Notes: generated by a model from the letters alone, not told the origin. 64,000 nucleotides of DNA from Bdellovibrionales bacterium (GCA_050250255.1 JBFWOZ010000005.1:1-64000); one strand, 5' to 3'; counted from the first letter of the stretch, positions 45,469-55,512 are shown. A program made the numbers and translations.

Positions 45469-47744
45469 GAAATATCACCCATATCTGAAAAGTCTTTATT
45501 ATTCTTAAATACCGCCGTTTGTACGACTGGTAATTCAAATATCATTTTTGTTCCCGCAGGGGAATTGGCATACGTGCGAATAAAACCATTATGATCTTCA
45601 ATAATACGTTTTACGATCGCTAACCCTAAGCCTGTACCTTGCTTTTTTGTACTAAAATAAGGCTCAAAAATACGATTACGATCTGCTTCCGCAATGCCAG
45701 GTCCGTTGTCGATCACTTCAACCTTCGCAATTTTAAGCACCTTATCATAATGCGTCCTGATATCAATAGTGCCATTGGGGATCTGCTCTAACGCAGCAAC
45801 CGAATTATCCAATAGATTCGTTAACACACGCTTAATCTGCTCAGGGTCAAAAGCAAATTCTGGAAGATCAGGATCGCTGTGGAATCGAAATTGAATTTCT
45901 TTATGTCCCGTTTGGAATAAGACGAGCGCTTCATCAATGATTTTGTTCAAATAACCAAAAACCGGCTTTGCCTGCGGAAGGCGCGCAAAGTTACTAAATT
46001 CATTCACGAGATTTTTAAGTTCATCCACCTGTTTAATAATTGTTTCAGTACAACTTGAAAATGCGGGATCCTGAATCGCCCCACCAAATTTCTTTTCTAA
46101 ACGTTGGGCTGAAAGCCGAATAGGTGTAAGGGGGTTCTTAATTTCATGGGCGATACGACGAGCTACCTCTCTCCAAGCCGCCGCTCTTTGCGCATTCACC
46201 ATGACAGAGAGGTCATCAAATACAAAAACAATACCTAGTTCTTCTCCCCCCTCATCCTTCAAAAGGGAAACTGTGAATTGCGTCAGCAAAACATCCTGGC
46301 CCACTTTGAGTTGCACTTCTTTCGTCTGACTTTGGGCACGACGAGTTTTCAGTTGAGTGATCATTTCCTCAATCACGGTGACCATCTCAGGCTTCAAAAG
46401 CTGCTGATAAGGTTTCCCGATATAATCCTCACGCCGAACGTGGAGTAAATGTTCTGCATGACTATTGATTGTCGTAATGTAGCCACGCGGATTTGCTGAC
46501 ACCACGCCCGTCGTAATATTTGCGAGCACGACCTCAATATAGCGATTGTGATCATCTAGCCGGTTGAGTGTTTCTTTTAACTCTAAGTTCGCTTTATTGA
46601 CCTGCTTTTCCGTTTGATCAAGGTTGAAGGTCATCTGGTTAAAGCTATTAATAAGTTGGGTGATCTCTTGGCTTCCCGAAGTAATTCCCACAGGTTGATA
46701 ATTCCCCGCGGAGATTCTTCTGGTCGCAATTCCTAGTAATTCCAAAGGGGTCGATAAGGTTTTGGCAAGGTGAAACCCAAACCAAGTCGCTGCTAACAAA
46801 ATGACTAATGTCATAAGAATCAAAATAATAAGGTAGATGGATTTAATCGGATATTCGAGCGGGTTAATATCTCGAAAATCATCGTAGGCCGCCGCAATAT
46901 CATCCATTTTCGAAATCAGGGACATCGGCACAAAGGAGGAAACCACCACGGCTCCTACCTGTTTTTTGTTCCACTCTAAAGGTACGATAACACGTACCAA
47001 GTTACCTTCTCCAAAATGGTGAATCATCGAAGCTTCGACCTTTTGTCCAATTCCTTTTTGGAGGAACTCCATGCTGACACGAGGAATTTCAGGAATGGCC
47101 TCGTCTTTTGAAATCACGACCGCTCTCTGACCGAAAATTCCTGGATAATATTCAACGGCATCAATTCGGTATCGATCTAGAAGTTGTTTGAGACTTTGAT
47201 TGATGTTTCGTGCCTTCGTTTCTTTGAGATTGCGCGCAATCTGGTGAGCGAAGTGATAGTTCTTTTTCTTCGCCGTTGTGTAGTAGGCGTTTGTGACTTC
47301 CAAGGAATCTTTTAAAACTCCGGCCATTTTCGCACTAAACCATTTATCGAAATTTGAATTAATATAAAATACCGAAATCAAGAACATGAGAACGGTAGGT
47401 ACAAAGCTAAACGCGACGAAAGCAGCAACGAGCTTTCCCTTAAGAGAACTTCCAATTAGCTTACTTTGTCTTTCAACGAAAATTTTAACGACGTTTCGAA
47501 AGATGAGAAATAAGAGAAATAGCAGAAGGGCAATGTTGAGGTTCACAAGCCCGAAAAAGAAAATCGAGTGAATGAACGGGAGCTTCTGACTCACGGAAGT
47601 CATGAAGTATCCCACCCACGTAAGGACTAAAAATAGAAGACCCAAGACCACGACGAGAACAAGTTCTCGTCGACGCTTTTTAGCCTCTTGCTGCTCAGCC
47701 TTGAGCCTTCCTTCATTGGAGATATCCATATTAGAGCTACCCAC
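45465..47744 (-). CDS. NtrY-like sensor histidine kinase (TM-HAMP-PAS-HisKA-HATPase)
   Basis: AAWREVARRIAHEIKNPLTPIRLSAQRL, DNGPG and GTGLGL. Start is either GTG 47744 or ATG 47729. Confidence 0.92.
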   Translation of the reverse strand: MGSSNMDISNEGRLKAEQQEAKKRRRELVLVVVLGLLFLVLTWVGYFMTSVSQKLPFIHSIFFFGLVNLNIALLLFLLFLIFRNVVKIFVERQSKLIGSSLKGKLVAAFVAFSFVPTVLMFLISVFYINSNFDKWFSAKMAGVLKDSLEVTNAYYTTAKKKNYHFAHQIARNLKETKARNINQSLKQLLDRYRIDAVEYYPGIFGQRAVVISKDEAIPEIPRVSMEFLQKGIGQKVEASMIHHFGEGNLVRVIVPLEWNKKQVGAVVVSSFVPMSLISKMDDIAAAYDDFRDINPLEYPIKSIYLIILILMTLVILLAATWFGFHLAKTLSTPLELLGIATRRISAGNYQPVGITSGSQEITQLINSFNQMTFNLDQTEKQVNKANLELKETLNRLDDHNRYIEVVLANITTGVVSANPRGYITTINSHAEHLLHVRREDYIGKPYQQLLKPEMVTVIEEMITQLKTRRAQSQTKEVQLKVGQDVLLTQFTVSLLKDEGGEELGIVFVFDDLSVMVNAQRAAAWREVARRIAHEIKNPLTPIRLSAQRLEKKFGGAIQDPAFSSCTETIIKQVDELKNLVNEFSNFARLPQAKPVFGYLNKIIDEALVLFQTGHKEIQFRFHSDPDLPEFAFDPEQIKRVLTNLLDNSVAALEQIPNGTIDIRTHYDKVLKIAKVEVIDNGPGIAEADRNRIFEPYFSTKKQGTGLGLAIVKRIIEDHNGFIRTYANSPAGTKMIFELPVVQTAVFKNNKDFSDMGDIS

Positions 47745-47757
47745 AGGCTTCTATGCT

Positions 47758-47808
47758 AGAGCTCATCTTAAAAATAGGCAAGGCTTGCCTATTTTTAAGA
47801 TGAGCTCT
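47758..47808. repeat. Perfect 25-bp-arm inverted repeat
   Basis: AGAGCTCATCTTAAAAATAGGCAAG-G-CTTGCCTATTTTTAAGATGAGCTCT. Confidence 0.95.
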
Positions 47809-47836
47809 GTTTTATCCTAAGGGGAGGAAAGAAAAC

Positions 47837-48061
47837 TTATTGCGGAATTTCGCGGTAGATCGAACTGCCAACCTGAAACGCAGGTCCGCCTTTTTTGATC
47901 AACTCGAGGCAAAGATTTTTTGCTTCTTCGCTATTTAATGCATCTGCTTGATAGGGAATGCCTGTTGTAACAACGGCTGAGTCCAAGATGAGCTTTGCAT
48001 CATATGCACTCACTCTCTGCTGCAAGCTTTTTAGAAAGTGATTCAACGTGATCTGTTCCAT
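47837..48061 (-). CDS. Small hypothetical protein at the end of the rib operon
   Basis: 74-aa ORF with a GAGGAG SD overlapping the ribH stop. Confidence 0.75.
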   Translation of the reverse strand: MEQITLNHFLKSLQQRVSAYDAKLILDSAVVTTGIPYQADALNSEEAKNLCLELIKKGGPAFQVGSSIYREIPQ

Positions 48062-48071
48062 TACATACTCC

Positions 48072-48548
48072 TCAGTTTGAAGGGGGATTGATTGACTTGA
48101 CTAACTTAATCATTTCCAAAGCGACCTGAGCCGCCTCGTAACCTTTATTTCCATGTTTGCCCCCCGCGCGATCCAATGCCTGCTGTAAGTTTTCTGTTGT
48201 GATCACACCAAACGCGACCGGCTTTGTGAACTTCAATTGAAGTTCCGTACAACCGCGTTCAACCGCTTCACAGATAGACTCATAGTGAGTGGTTTCTCCG
48301 CGAATGACCGCCCCTAAGGCCACCACTGCATCAACCCCCGATTGCAATAGCGCTTGTGCGGCTAACGGAATTTCAAATGCGCCAGGAACGCGAACCACTT
48401 GTGTTTGGGTAACTCCTGCTTCTGAAAGATATTGAAGGGCACCCGTTTCTAAAATTTCGGTAATTTGAGAGTTCCATCGCGCGGTTACAACACCCACACG
48501 CACATGAGGCATTTGAATTTTGGAAAATTCAGGGCGCAAATCGCTCAT
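48072..48548 (-). CDS. ribH: 6,7-dimethyl-8-ribityllumazine synthase
   Basis: VPGAFEIP, GAVIRGETTH and GNKG. Confidence 0.97.
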   Translation of the reverse strand: MSDLRPEFSKIQMPHVRVGVVTARWNSQITEILETGALQYLSEAGVTQTQVVRVPGAFEIPLAAQALLQSGVDAVVALGAVIRGETTHYESICEAVERGCTELQLKFTKPVAFGVITTENLQQALDRAGGKHGNKGYEAAQVALEMIKLVKSINPPSN

Positions 48549-49786
48549 AGCTGCCCTTCAGGCGTCGGAGTCTCTTTCCAGGTATCAAGTCCGAGAAGAT
48601 GACCTAATTTTTCTTTTTTTGCTGAGAGATAAGATTTGTTTTGGCTGTTCCAGCCTGCTTCCAGAGGAACACGCTCAACGATTTCTAATCCGTAACCTTT
48701 GAGACCGATGCGTTTCGCGGGATTGTTCGTCATCAAACGAATTTTTTGAAGACCCAATGAGCGTAAAATTTGAGCGCCAATTCCGTAATCACGACGATCC
48801 GCAGGGAATCCTAAATGAATGTTGGCCTCTACTGTGTCGAGACCAGAATCTTGTAGTTTGTAAGCTTTAATTTTATTTGCAAGTCCGATTCCACGACCTT
48901 CTTGTCGCAAATATAGAATAAGACCTGAGCCTTCTTTTTCAATAAATTGAATGGCTCGCTGAAGTTGAGGACCACAATCGCAGCGCAAACTTCCAAACAC
49001 ATCACCGGTCATACATTCTGAATGAACTCGTACTAGAAACGGTTTATCAGCTTCAACTTCACCCTTTTGCAGTACAATATGCTCTGAATCATCAAGGAGA
49101 TTTTTAAATACTCGAACCTGAAACCCTTCTCCCCATTGTGTAGGTAGACGAGCCTCGGCAACCTCAGTCACCAGACTTTCATTTTGTACTCGATAACGAA
49201 TCAAATCGACGATCGTTCCAATTTTAATATTAAATTTCGTAGCGAAAGCTTTGAGATCTGGCAAACGAGCCATTGTTCCATCTTCATTCATGATTTCACA
49301 AATGACGGCAGCAGGGTTTAGTCCAGCAAGACGAACCACATCCACACTCGCTTCCGTATGCCCGGCTCTTTTTAAAACACCACCAGATTGAGCACGAATA
49401 GGAAAAATATGTCCTGGAGTAATAATGTCCGAAGGAACAGCATCAGGATTTGCAGCCACACGAATCGTATGCGCACGGTCAGCCGCAGAAATACCAGTTG
49501 TTACGCCTTTTGATGCTTCAATGCTGACGGTAAAAGCAGTGCGATTAGGTGAGAAGTTCAGTTCTTCACGTACCATCAAGGGAAGATTTAATTTTTTGGC
49601 ATGGTCTGCAGTGACACTGAGACAAATAAGCCCGCGAGCTTCTTTGGACATAAAGTTGATAAATGCAGGTGTGATGGCATCGGCAGCAATAACCAGATCA
49701 CCCTCGTTCTCTCGATCTTCGTCATCAACTAAAATGACCATGCGGCCATTTTTAATGTCTTCAATGATTTCTGTAACGCTATTCAA
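48545..49786 (-). CDS. ribBA: Bifunctional DHBP synthase / GTP cyclohydrolase II
   Basis: [38 protein letters not shown] and QEGRGIG. Confidence 0.98.
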   Translation of the reverse strand: MNSVTEIIEDIKNGRMVILVDDEDRENEGDLVIAADAITPAFINFMSKEARGLICLSVTADHAKKLNLPLMVREELNFSPNRTAFTVSIEASKGVTTGISAADRAHTIRVAANPDAVPSDIITPGHIFPIRAQSGGVLKRAGHTEASVDVVRLAGLNPAAVICEIMNEDGTMARLPDLKAFATKFNIKIGTIVDLIRYRVQNESLVTEVAEARLPTQWGEGFQVRVFKNLLDDSEHIVLQKGEVEADKPFLVRVHSECMTGDVFGSLRCDCGPQLQRAIQFIEKEGSGLILYLRQEGRGIGLANKIKAYKLQDSGLDTVEANIHLGFPADRRDYGIGAQILRSLGLQKIRLMTNNPAKRIGLKGYGLEIVERVPLEAGWNSQNKSYLSAKKEKLGHLLGLDTWKETPTPEGQL

Positions 49787-50402
49787 AATCTACTCCGTCC
49801 AACCCGCCAGGACTTTGTCGCTTAAAATTAATCAGCGCGCGCGCCATGCAATCTACTTCAATGTTCACATAATCGCCCGTTTGCAAAGTGGGGAGGTTGG
49901 TTCGGCGAAGGGTCTCAGGAATAAGGCAAACTTCAATTTGATCGCCTTCGATTTTGTTCACCGTGAGGCTTACCCCATTGAGAGTCACACTTCCTTTTTT
50001 CCAAATGTACGGAACAGTCTCAGTAGGTGCTTGAACTTTTAAAATCAGTGATTCTCCCTGACGGAGAGATTCTTTTACCTGAGCAACACCATCCACGTGA
50101 CCGAGCACCATATGACCGTGCATACGATCACCTAAACGAAGAGATCGCTCGACATTCACTGGCTTTTTGCTTTGTAAGTCGTTGCCCCAAGTGGTGAGAT
50201 GCAAAGTTTCAGGGCCAATTGTAAATTCAATTTGTTCAGGTGAAATAGATTCGACGGTCAGACAAGTACCGTTAACAGAAATGCTATCCCCTAAAGAAAC
50301 ATCATCAAAAATAAAGGGACGTTCGATGATGAGTTTACTGACATTCTCTTGGGTTTCGAGCGATAAGATGCGCGTTTGACCTTCAACTATACCTGAAAAC
50401 AT
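49779..50402 (-). CDS. ribE: Riboflavin synthase
   Basis: MFSGIVE start (family consensus MFTGIVE), [16 protein letters not shown] and NGVSLTV. Confidence 0.96.
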   Translation of the reverse strand: MFSGIVEGQTRILSLETQENVSKLIIERPFIFDDVSLGDSISVNGTCLTVESISPEQIEFTIGPETLHLTTWGNDLQSKKPVNVERSLRLGDRMHGHMVLGHVDGVAQVKESLRQGESLILKVQAPTETVPYIWKKGSVTLNGVSLTVNKIEGDQIEVCLIPETLRRTNLPTLQTGDYVNIEVDCMARALINFKRQSPGGLDGVDFE

Positions 50403-50408
50403 TTCGAG

Positions 50409-50442
50409 ACTATAACTCCATTGACATATCACGTCAATGGAG
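50409..50442 (-). promoter_or_regulatory. Sigma70 promoter of the rib operon within a 10-bp inverted repeat
   Basis: TTGACG-N17-TATAGT ends 6 nt before the ATG. The palindrome CTCCATTGAC-N7-GTCAATGGAG spans 50416-50442. Confidence 0.7.
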
Positions 50443-50461
50443 CAATCGAAATTCTTAGGGT

Positions 50462-52372
50462 TTAATCAACGAAAGTAATGAGGCGCAGGGTGGTTTCTAA
50501 CATATTGTTAGTGTTGATGTTTTCGCCAGGTACGGGCAAAATTTCAATCTGCATAGGATAGTTTGGATTAGGAGAAGTCGCCTCTTCAAGAAGCCAGGTC
50601 GCTTCCATCACAACTTCACCCCCTGCTGGGACCTCAGATGTGCGTGTTGAAGAGATTGCAGCAAGGTTCTTCCATTTTTCATCCAAAAGATTGTCTGGGG
50701 TTAAATCTATGCGAATTTTTGCCTGAGGAATTTCTGCCGGTACCAAGCCAGAATTATGAACGCGAAATTTCACTCGAACGTCATTACCGCCCTCTTCAAC
50801 CCACACAAATTCAGGTAGAATTGCCAAATCCGGCTGTAAGGAGCGCACGGACCCTTTCCATTTCACTGTCTCTCTTGTAATGGGTGAGCGAGATTTCAAC
50901 TTATTTGCAACCACACGCCAGGCTTCATATCCCGTGTCGTTCCATACTTTGGGTCCGATCGGAACTCCCATTTCGCGAAGTCGCAAAAAGAAATCCAAAA
51001 TACCTCTCGTGCTCGAAATAGAATAATTTTGAATCAAAGAAAGTGGTTGTCCGCCCACCTTGATGGAGACAATTGGATCCGTTTTATTGTGATCAATGAC
51101 CATTTCAAGATTGCTCATTTTAAGAGGGAGTTTCGCTTTAGCAAAAACACTCATGAGTGCTCGCAAAACATACCCGCGCACATTATAAGTGAGAATGGTC
51201 CACGCTTTTTTGTTTTCGTTTTGATAAACATGTGGAAATAAATTGAAAAGATCAGCCGTGTGATTCCAACCTTTCAAAAGGTCAGAGCTGGAAAACATCG
51301 GCGTATCAAATGCAACGTCTGTCTGGCCGACTTCACGAAGAGCATCAACGCTTAGTTGACCTAACCAATCATTTGTAAAAAGATCGTTCGCAATCGCCAA
51401 TTCCACTTCACTAAAAACAACATTATCACTAAAAATCGGGCCGCCAAATTGCTGTTCTATTTTTTTCTCTGCGAGGCCTACCAGCTGCATCACTTGTGGA
51501 TTAGCTGGTACGGAGCTGTCGATATGATGAAGGGTGTGTCGTGTTACCGAAATCGCACCGCTGTCAGCGATATTGAACTCGTACTCACCTAAGAACTCTC
51601 CCCATTTTCCGACATGAAAAATAGGTACATGATTTTGGTAGAATGGTTCTTTAAGAAGAAGATGTGAGTGCCCACCAATAATCACATCGATGCCAGGAAT
51701 ACGCGCCAGCATTTTATCTTGCCCATACCCTAAGTGAGTCAACGCAATGACTACATCACATCGTTCCACCGCACGAAGATGTTGTACGTAATTTGATGCC
51801 GTTGTGAACGGATCTACAATTTTCACCGGCGCAAAAAAATGATCAAAGATCACTTGAAAGGTTGAAAGACCTAAAATTCCAATCTTTTTTCCGCCCACAT
51901 ATTTGATCGTGTAGGGTTTAATCACCTGCTCTAACGGAACCTGAGGGGAAAGACCTTGAAAATTGAGGTTCGCACTAATCACGGGAGTTTTCATGTTGGC
52001 TTTTAAAAATGCATCGTAAAGCTCATTAGGACCAACAAGCCAATCATGATTTCCTAAGACCAGAGCATCGTAGTTAAACGTCTGAAGAAGAGTCTGTGTC
52101 TGCGCACCTGAATCAAGAGTAAAGAAAATATTGCCTTCGCTCCAATCACCCGCATCAAGCAAAAGCGTATTGGGAGTCGTCTGGCGAAGTTGATCGATTT
52201 TAGTTTTCAATCTCGCAAAACCGCCAAGTCCTCTGACAGATTGTCGGCTTGTAAAATGACTATGAAGATCACTGGTATGGAGAATAGTGAATTTTGTGTC
52301 AGCGAATGCGGTAGAGCTTGCGACCAGGATACAAAACACTAGGATGTCGTACAGTCGGCAAAAGCGTATCAT
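50462..52372 (-). CDS. Secreted 5'-nucleotidase/metallophosphatase with C-terminal CARDB/Ig-like domain
   Basis: Signal peptide; HTSDLH, DAGD, GNHD, THLG and GGHSH metal ligands; C-terminal PDLAI...VHNSG...ENINTNN. Start moved to ATG 52372 after AGGGGG. Confidence 0.88.
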   Translation of the reverse strand: MIRFCRLYDILVFCILVASSTAFADTKFTILHTSDLHSHFTSRQSVRGLGGFARLKTKIDQLRQTTPNTLLLDAGDWSEGNIFFTLDSGAQTQTLLQTFNYDALVLGNHDWLVGPNELYDAFLKANMKTPVISANLNFQGLSPQVPLEQVIKPYTIKYVGGKKIGILGLSTFQVIFDHFFAPVKIVDPFTTASNYVQHLRAVERCDVVIALTHLGYGQDKMLARIPGIDVIIGGHSHLLLKEPFYQNHVPIFHVGKWGEFLGEYEFNIADSGAISVTRHTLHHIDSSVPANPQVMQLVGLAEKKIEQQFGGPIFSDNVVFSEVELAIANDLFTNDWLGQLSVDALREVGQTDVAFDTPMFSSSDLLKGWNHTADLFNLFPHVYQNENKKAWTILTYNVRGYVLRALMSVFAKAKLPLKMSNLEMVIDHNKTDPIVSIKVGGQPLSLIQNYSISSTRGILDFFLRLREMGVPIGPKVWNDTGYEAWRVVANKLKSRSPITRETVKWKGSVRSLQPDLAILPEFVWVEEGGNDVRVKFRVHNSGLVPAEIPQAKIRIDLTPDNLLDEKWKNLAAISSTRTSEVPAGGEVVMEATWLLEEATSPNPNYPMQIEILPVPGENINTNNMLETTLRLITFVD

Positions 52373-52447
52373 GTTCCCCCTAAGCCCTCTAAGATCCCGA
52401 GGGCTATCGATGCTTATTTCTTTCAATAGTTTAGAAAGGTCAATCCT

Positions 52448-53455
52448 TTACTTTTGAGTCGATTGTGGCTCGGGTTTAAATTGCTTTAAACGTACAGCAG
52501 CACCAGACATAACGCGTTCAAAAGTCGGTCGTTCAATCTGGGCGGTGCTTACAGAATAATCATCGTAAACTTCACCAAGAGTGATTACGGCTGTCGGTAC
52601 ACCAGGTCGTTGATCGATGCGGTAAGAAAGTGGTGATTCGCAAGGCTGATTATTATCTTCCCACTCGTAAATTTGGTTGTGCACGGTCAACACGTCCCCA
52701 ACTTGAAGACCTGCATTTTTACCTGCGTTGATAATAATGGCGATGTCTTTGTCTTTGATCACTTGTGATTCCCAAGTCACTTCCGCAAGTTTTGTAGATA
52801 GCTTTGCGAGAGCTTTTTCGACCGCCGAACGACCCACTTTTTCTAATGGAGTTTGGAAGTAAAATTCAGGACCAGCTTGGAATCCCTTAAAGTTGATATT
52901 CGCGTTGATTCTCGTCTTTGTTTCGTTGGATGTCGAAGAGGAAATCGCTTTGTAATACAGAGTGAGAGGGTCATATGCACGAAGAGTTAATCCCATCTGT
53001 GCTGTATCCACCTTTACGGTGCCATCCACTGAAATTCCGCCTAGATCACCATCTGGTGAGTAACCAAATCGCATTCCGAAGGAAGAAAGAAACTCGAAGT
53101 GAGTGACATCTCCATTGATATTAAACAATGGGGCATTTCGCACGCAAGTAGGTGCGTCTTCGTCTGTTGCCTCCATAATATCCATCTCGTTCATTTTCGG
53201 TACACGGCCAGCTAAGTAAAAATCAGCATGATTTTGGACAACTTCTTCGAGCTGCGTACTTACGGGTACAGAAAAGTCCACAACTACGCCACCAGGTGCT
53301 TGAAATTTTTGAGATTTCACACCTACTACTCCTACACCCATTTGCAGTTTGCGAACGGCACCTGCAAGGGGTTGTTCGCAACTTTGGTTTGCCATAAGAG
53401 GGAGCGCGAGGGCGACAACACCAACTGCTCTTGTAAATGGATTCAATTTTTTCAT
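52448..53455 (-). CDS. CsgG/HfaB-like lipoprotein with FlgT-C-like domain
   Basis: Signal ending MANQS-C. INGDVTHFE...LTLRAYDPLT...QTPLEKVGRSAVEKA fits the CsgG pattern, and IIINAGKNAGLQVGDVLTV fits FlgT-C. Confidence 0.65.
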   Translation of the reverse strand: MKKLNPFTRAVGVVALALPLMANQSCEQPLAGAVRKLQMGVGVVGVKSQKFQAPGGVVVDFSVPVSTQLEEVVQNHADFYLAGRVPKMNEMDIMEATDEDAPTCVRNAPLFNINGDVTHFEFLSSFGMRFGYSPDGDLGGISVDGTVKVDTAQMGLTLRAYDPLTLYYKAISSSTSNETKTRINANINFKGFQAGPEFYFQTPLEKVGRSAVEKALAKLSTKLAEVTWESQVIKDKDIAIIINAGKNAGLQVGDVLTVHNQIYEWEDNNQPCESPLSYRIDQRPGVPTAVITLGEVYDDYSVSTAQIERPTFERVMSGAAVRLKQFKPEPQSTQK

Positions 53456-53475
53456 AAAAACTCCTTTAGATTGTC

Positions 53476-55512
53476 TCATTTTTTTGATGCTTTTAAATTT
53501 GTCTGGTTTAATTGTTTAATAAATTCTTCCACCACTCCACGACCGGCTTTCGCAAGTCGCACTTTCGAACCAAGGCCACCAACTTTATAATCATCTTTTG
53601 ATTCTGCAGCTTCGATTACACCTTCCACACCCGATTGACTGGCAACGAAAACTTTTTTACCTGCACGCACACAGAGTTCGAGTCCCATTTTATAGGCTTC
53701 GCTCTCAATTGCTGGTTGAAAAGGCACAACGACGTACTGGATATCTTCGCGCTTCGAAGCATATTCTAGAGCCTGATAAAGAGTGGCACTATGAGTATCT
53801 CCTCTTGGGCCAAAAACTTTTAAAGGCACGAGAGTGAATGGCACCTTGATTTGCTTTTCCATCAAGAGAGCCGCGGCCGTTCCCATTCCTAAATCATCCG
53901 ATGGACGCTTATCCCAGGAAATAAAATCAAAACCACTGTTTTCAAGATGCGATTTTAATTTCTCTTCTTTTGGTGACACGCCCGAGGCAATAAGAGCGAT
54001 TTTAGGTGCCGCACTTAACGCCGCTAATTTTTGCGTAGACAGTTTTTGATCTAAAGAGTCAAAAGGTTGATCCAAAACTGTTTTGTAACGGATGTAACCA
54101 TACACCCACAAAATGTTCATCAGCCAACGCTCAATCATACCGGGCTGTTTTCCTGCACAAAGGTTCGCGATAGGAGCCACGTCTTCTGGCAATGAAATTT
54201 GACCAAGATCTTTTGTACCTAAAGAAATGCTTTGAGTCGAAGAGTCCCCAACCGCCGCAAGAGTTCTAAAAGAAGCTTCTGGTTCTCCCCAAACGTTAAC
54301 ACCTAACACATGGAAACGGAGAGGCTCGCCAACAAAAGGTTTATAAACATTTGTCGATTCAGGACGAATGAGAGAGGCTTGTGCAAAACTTTTTGTGATT
54401 GTATAGACAGAACCTAACCCTGAAATAAGCTGCATCCCTTCGGTAAGGCCCTCATCAAAGCCACCCGGAATGATCCACTGAGCTTCATCAAACTTTGCTG
54501 TAATGTCTGTTTGCCAAAGCACTGTTGGGAGTTCTTTTTCAAAATTTTCTACAATGGTAGGTAGAAGTTGCGCGAGAGATTGTCGTAGCGTTTTACGCTT
54601 TTGAATTTCCACTCCCACTAAAATTCCTGAATATTGAGCGCCAATATAGAGATCTCGTCCAGAACCTTTGAGCTCAAAACGATACTCCCTTTTGTAGTTC
54701 AACTCAGGAGCCTCGACTTCAAACACAATTTCGGATTTCACTTCAAAAGTTTTTTTACGAAAACCAAATCCGTATCCAAGGATAGAGAATGTTACGCCCT
54801 CATCTGCATCAAAACCAAAGTTTGAACGGCCGGGGCCAAAACCTTCGGGCTCCATTTGGCCCGAAAAGAAATCCACCACTGAACAAAGTTTTCCACTGCT
54901 TTCCTCAGGAATAGCCGAAAGCTGAGGCTTTTTAATGAACTCATTATCCTTTGCGCCTTCGCGCCCTTCGTTAAAAGGATTGATGCGATCTGGAGCAAAT
55001 CCGTAAACAGCTCTATTACTTCTCTCGCCAGAAGCATAGAGCAAAGTTTCTACACGAGGTCGGATGAAAAGTTGGGCTTCACGACGTGATACAGCTTGCA
55101 TCAGCACCGAAGCCTCCTTTTGAGAGAACACACTCATATCTCCTGAGGAGGAACTTAAAGGAGAAATTTCTGAACGAGCTTGAGTATCGCGTAGATAAGT
55201 GAATTCCATCCCAGGAAGTCGCTCGGCTAACTCTTGAAGAACCTGATCGACACGTTCTTCTGCTTGAAAGGTTTGTGTCGAAAAAAGCGAAGCTCCACCA
55301 GAGCCAGTTAAAATCAAATAACGATCTGTTAAATAAAGCGTCTCTGAGACTAAGTGAGAAACCTCGACACCATGACGAAGTCGCTCACCATCCATAAATG
55401 TAAGCCAACGGTCTTCTGTAGGCTCCACACGCACACGTACCTTTGGCTTCGCCTCTTGTGCGAAAGACCAGGTACTGACTAAAATGAGAGCGCTAAAAAT
55501 AATCGTCTTCAT
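53476..55512 (-). CDS. Secreted multidomain protein: CsgG/FlgT-like region plus degenerate subtilase (S8)-like domain
   Basis: Sec signal (SFA-Q). WQTDI...IIPGGFDEGLTEG parallels the neighbouring gene. C-terminal IALIASGV...GFDF...DDLGMGTAAA...LKVF. Confidence 0.6.
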   Translation of the reverse strand: MKTIIFSALILVSTWSFAQEAKPKVRVRVEPTEDRWLTFMDGERLRHGVEVSHLVSETLYLTDRYLILTGSGGASLFSTQTFQAEERVDQVLQELAERLPGMEFTYLRDTQARSEISPLSSSSGDMSVFSQKEASVLMQAVSRREAQLFIRPRVETLLYASGERSNRAVYGFAPDRINPFNEGREGAKDNEFIKKPQLSAIPEESSGKLCSVVDFFSGQMEPEGFGPGRSNFGFDADEGVTFSILGYGFGFRKKTFEVKSEIVFEVEAPELNYKREYRFELKGSGRDLYIGAQYSGILVGVEIQKRKTLRQSLAQLLPTIVENFEKELPTVLWQTDITAKFDEAQWIIPGGFDEGLTEGMQLISGLGSVYTITKSFAQASLIRPESTNVYKPFVGEPLRFHVLGVNVWGEPEASFRTLAAVGDSSTQSISLGTKDLGQISLPEDVAPIANLCAGKQPGMIERWLMNILWVYGYIRYKTVLDQPFDSLDQKLSTQKLAALSAAPKIALIASGVSPKEEKLKSHLENSGFDFISWDKRPSDDLGMGTAAALLMEKQIKVPFTLVPLKVFGPRGDTHSATLYQALEYASKREDIQYVVVPFQPAIESEAYKMGLELCVRAGKKVFVASQSGVEGVIEAAESKDDYKVGGLGSKVRLAKAGRGVVEEFIKQLNQTNLKASKK

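Noticed and set aside
49425..50042. 205-aa plus-strand ORF
   Set aside because: It is entirely antisense to ribBA/ribE, with no independent coding signal.
50403..50461. FMN riboswitch before the rib operon
   Set aside because: Only 59 nt are available and no RFN consensus is visible.
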